DNA of 61,626 nt, counting the filler, from Thelocarpon superellum (Eukaryota), in assembly GCA_026025795.1 (NCBI GenBank). It is 10 parts of 10 records of this genome, joined end to end, with 100 filler letters (N's around TTAATTAATTAA, not from the genome) between each part and the next. Parts side by side here need not be neighbours in the genome. Positions count along the whole stretch, not along the records: positions 55,679 to 61,626 come from JAPEUG010000696.1; 9 more parts are not named here. The stretch is one strand, 5' to 3'. A program made the position numbers and the translations under genes. Below are positions 58,558 to 61,626 of the stretch, piece after piece (position 1 is the first letter of the stretch; each line of letters starts with the position of its first letter). Under the pieces are notes generated by a model. It was given only the letters and a program-made list of their open reading frames with translations, had not been told where the DNA came from and ran no database searches.

Positions 58558-58605
58558 TTCCTTCCCTCCTTCCCTCCTTCCCTCCTTCCCTCCTTCCCTC
58601 CTCCT
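58558..58605. repeat. Polypyrimidine 8-mer tandem repeat (CCTTCCCT)n
   Basis: About five copies just downstream of the PI-PLC stop. Confidence 0.8.
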
Positions 58606-59146
58606 ATTTCCATCCATTCTCATCACGTTCATCAGTCCCATGGTGACATATCACCCATCGTCCAGATCCCGATGAGAAACAAATGTAATAAAGTCTTCGT
58701 TGTCCTTGCATTTCATAACTCATCAGAAGGAAATAACGGTCCAGAAAGTACTCAGAGAAGGGCCGTGCCATATCATGTCACGTCATGTCATGTAGTGAAG
58801 GTGGCTGCGAGGAGAGTGAAGGGGAATGGGGAGGGGGATGTGATTGTGAATTGCGACTCGGGAGGAACGCGAGTGGGGCACGTGACAGGACCAAATGTGA
58901 AATCGAATATCGTCACGTCGTCACATCGGAGATCAACAGCTGAAAAGGGAAGAAGAAGAAAGATCAGAGGTAGAAGAAAGAGAGTAAAGTAGGAGCAGAG
59001 CAATAAGAAATCCTTCCCAAACAGCCTACATCTGCTCATTCATCTCCGTCCCTTGCTCCACCCGTCTATCCATTCACCGCTCACCGCTCACCGCTCACCG
59101 TTCACCATTCAGCCATCATTCCGTCCAACAATCACGTCATGGCCTC

Positions 59147-61321
59147 CTAATGTCGTCGCGAGTCCGATGCGAGCCCGCCTGCCGCGTAAGGGTTCCCGTC
59201 GGCATACACCGGTCCGTTCGCGTAGCCATTGCCGGCCGCGGCCGACGCTCGAGGGTCTGTCGGACGCGAGGAGTCAGTCTTGCCCGGTGCTCCAATGGCG
59301 CGCCCCTGGCGCTCAGCTGCGATGCGACGGTGCCGCGCGAGCTTTTCCTCGAATTCCCGCGCCTCATGCCGCTGCTCGTTCATCTCCTTCCACGTCGCCA
59401 CGGCGCCGTGGATGCCGAGCCCGGCGATGCCCACCGCCGCCAGATCTTGCGCCCTCGACAGATTCTTCTTGCGCTTCGCCTCGGCCGGGCTCATGTCACC
59501 CTCCAGCACCGCCTTGCGCCGTGCGTCACGCTTCTCCATGCTCTCGTAGATCTCGTGCGCAGCGTGCACCGTCGCCACCGTCGCCAGACCGGCCGTGAGA
59601 AGTTCCTTACCTCGCATCTTCTTGTGGCTCTTCTCCTCTTCCGAGAGCGAGAATTGGCTGCTCGAGCTCGTACTGCTGTCCCGACGCCCGCGGGCCCCGC
59701 TCGCCGCCCCGGCCCCAGCCCCGGCCGCCGCTCCGCGCGCGCGGCCGCCACCTTCCCGTGGCACACTCCGGGACTGAGGGTCGCCGCGGGCATTGCCAGT
59801 CCGCTCTTGTCGCTCGCGCGCGGCGTTGGCCTCGCCGAAGCCAACCTTGGCCATGCCGCGATCGATCATGGCGCTGACGCTGCGGCTTCGTCGGTTGCGT
59901 GAACGCGGCGGAGGCACGTCCGAGTCGTCGTCCGCGCTCGAGCTGTATCGTCGCGAGCGCGGCCGGGCGTTGGATCGGTCGGGATCGCGGGCGCCGGCGC
60001 CGGCGCGCGAGCGCGAGCGCGAGCGAACCGCATCGTAGAGCTTCTTGCCCGCCCCGGCCGCGAGCGCGGCCCCCGCCAGGTCCTTCAACCCGCCGCCTCC
60101 GCCTCCACCTCCGCCTCCAGTGCTGCCACGGCCGCGCGAACGCGAGCGAGAGCGGCCGCCGGTCCCAAAATCTTCCTCCTTGGATCCGTTCACGAGCCGG
60201 TTCAGGAGAAGGCCGCCGATGGCGCCCTTGCCGATGTTGCGCTTCGAGTGTTCGTCAGGATCGTGGTCGGCGAGCGCGTCGATACCGCCCGCGCCAACGG
60301 CAGCCGTCAGGATGCGACGGGCCTTGGCACCATCCAGGATTCCGCCGGGCTCTTTCCGACTCCGCCAGGCCTCGGCGGCCGCGGCGACCAATGCCGCTTG
60401 CGCGGCTTGCTGAATCTTGCCGGACCGCTCACTTTTATCGTCGCCACGGCCACGACTGCGGGTCGAGCGGGTCGAGCGAGTCGAGCGATCCGAGTCGCTG
60501 GAGAAGCTGCGGCGCCGGTTGCGGCTCCGATCAGGGTCTCGGTCGCGACCGCCTCCCCGAACGGCGTGGGCGGCGGCGCCGATGCCCAGCGCGCCAAGGG
60601 CCGCTTCCCCAAAGGACTTGCGGCGGCTCGGCTTGGGAGGCGTGGCGTAGACGTCCGCCTCGTCGTGGGAATAGTAGTCTCCTGCCCCTCGGGTGTCTTG
60701 GCCGAGTCGTACGCCGCCGTCGTCAGTCTCACGGCGACGCGACGCCCGGCGCTTATGGTACTGCCGAAAGGCGACGTCCCCAGCGACGGCGCCCGCGACG
60801 CCGAGCGCGGCTTGCTCGATGCGCTGGCGGGACTTGGATCGATGACGGTGCTTCCCGCCGTCACGGCGGTCCCAGAGCTCCTTGGCGCCAACCGCCAGGC
60901 CCGCTCCAGCCGCGGCACCGGCTAGTTCTTGTGCGCGCGCGACGGAGCGGGCGCGAGAGCCTCGGCGACCCCGCGTGCGGCGCGACGATTCGACGTCGTC
61001 ATCGTCCACCAGGCTGCGCTCCAGGGACTGGGCGCGACGAGCACCATAGGCTTCGTCTCGTCGGACGGTGCGCTGGGCCGTGGCGACGGGGCCGGTGCGG
61101 GGAAAGTCGCGCGGGTCGCGGACAATCTCTTCGACATCATCGCTGTCCGCACGAGGGTCTCGAATCAGCTCCATGTGACGAGTGGCGCGAATTCCGTTCT
61201 CGCGTTCGTCGACGTAGGAGGATTCAGCGTACTCGGTCGTGGGGGTGCGCTGGCGATGACGGTGCGTGTGATGGCGACGAGGTCGGTCCTCGTCATCGTC
61301 GTAGTAGCCCCGGTTGGACAT
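59147..61321 (-). CDS. DUF3824-like Arg/Ser-rich fungal protein
   Basis: 724-aa ORF with repeated AGAAAG helices and RSRSR runs. Conserved C-terminal block KKMRGKELLTAGLATVATVHAAHEIYESMEKR..QDLAAVGIAGLGIHGA..WKEM. Confidence 0.8.
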   Translation of the reverse strand: MSNRGYYDDDEDRPRRHHTHRHRQRTPTTEYAESSYVDERENGIRATRHMELIRDPRADSDDVEEIVRDPRDFPRTGPVATAQRTVRRDEAYGARRAQSLERSLVDDDDVESSRRTRGRRGSRARSVARAQELAGAAAGAGLAVGAKELWDRRDGGKHRHRSKSRQRIEQAALGVAGAVAGDVAFRQYHKRRASRRRETDDGGVRLGQDTRGAGDYYSHDEADVYATPPKPSRRKSFGEAALGALGIGAAAHAVRGGGRDRDPDRSRNRRRSFSSDSDRSTRSTRSTRSRGRGDDKSERSGKIQQAAQAALVAAAAEAWRSRKEPGGILDGAKARRILTAAVGAGGIDALADHDPDEHSKRNIGKGAIGGLLLNRLVNGSKEEDFGTGGRSRSRSRGRGSTGGGGGGGGGGLKDLAGAALAAGAGKKLYDAVRSRSRSRAGAGARDPDRSNARPRSRRYSSSADDDSDVPPPRSRNRRSRSVSAMIDRGMAKVGFGEANAARERQERTGNARGDPQSRSVPREGGGRARGAAAGAGAGAASGARGRRDSSTSSSSQFSLSEEEKSHKKMRGKELLTAGLATVATVHAAHEIYESMEKRDARRKAVLEGDMSPAEAKRKKNLSRAQDLAAVGIAGLGIHGAVATWKEMNEQRHEAREFEEKLARHRRIAAERQGRAIGAPGKTDSSRPTDPRASAAAGNGYANGPVYADGNPYAAGGLASDSRRH

Positions 61322-61626
61322 GGTGGCACAGGTGATGACGTGGTCGCGCGATGGCGCGGGTGGATGAAGGAGGTCGGGTCAGATGTTGAGGGAAGGTGAA
61401 ATGCAGATGAGCCGATGGTGATGGATTGATGACGGTGGCAGCCCGAGCTGTTATACCCGGGTGAGGGTCGATGAGCTGGCAGGAAGCGGGGGGTGGCAGC
61501 GCGTAGAGATGCGTCGGCAGGTATGGTAGGTGGCCGCGATCGTCGGCGGATCGGCCCAGCTAAGCCTACGGCTCGGTCGCGGCGACTAGGCGCCCGTTGA
61601 CAAACGATAAGGGGGGTGCGTGGGAT

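Noticed and set aside
59899..61335. Long antisense or alternative-frame ORFs (also 23362-24633, 43607-44581, 17871-18695, 35328-36146)
   Set aside because: Shadows of real genes in GC-rich, stop-poor sequence, with no motifs of their own.

Overview
This is not one contiguous locus. It is ten unrelated contigs of about 6 kb (6208, 6175, 6135, 6135, 6123, 6032, 6006, 5987, 5977 and 5948 bp, in descending length). They are joined by nine identical artificial 100-bp linkers (44 N + TTAATTAATTAA + 44 N), so adjacency across a linker has no biological meaning. All contigs look like a GC-rich, gene-dense filamentous ascomycete (Pezizomycotina) with short GT-AG introns. I can support 23 protein-coding genes, several truncated at contig ends: GH76 Dcw1/Dfg5, GH3 beta-glucosidase, sulfate permease, ferroportin-family transporter, Cdt1, Mdm10, glutaredoxin, a J-domain protein, App1, UV-damage endonuclease, TyrRS, Mic26/27, Oct1, Coy1/CASP, PI-PLC and several conserved hypotheticals. 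There is also one initiator tRNA-Met and a (TTAGGG)17 telomere. The most unusual observation is a glutaredoxin with a class I (CPYC-type) scaffold that carries the class II monothiol CGFS active site. It lies about 5 kb from a telomere that abuts an ordinary gene with no subtelomeric block, and CpG depletion reaches from that telomere into the gene's last codons. No mobile element, CRISPR array or multi-gene novel system is supportable. All family assignments come from motif recognition, not database searches.
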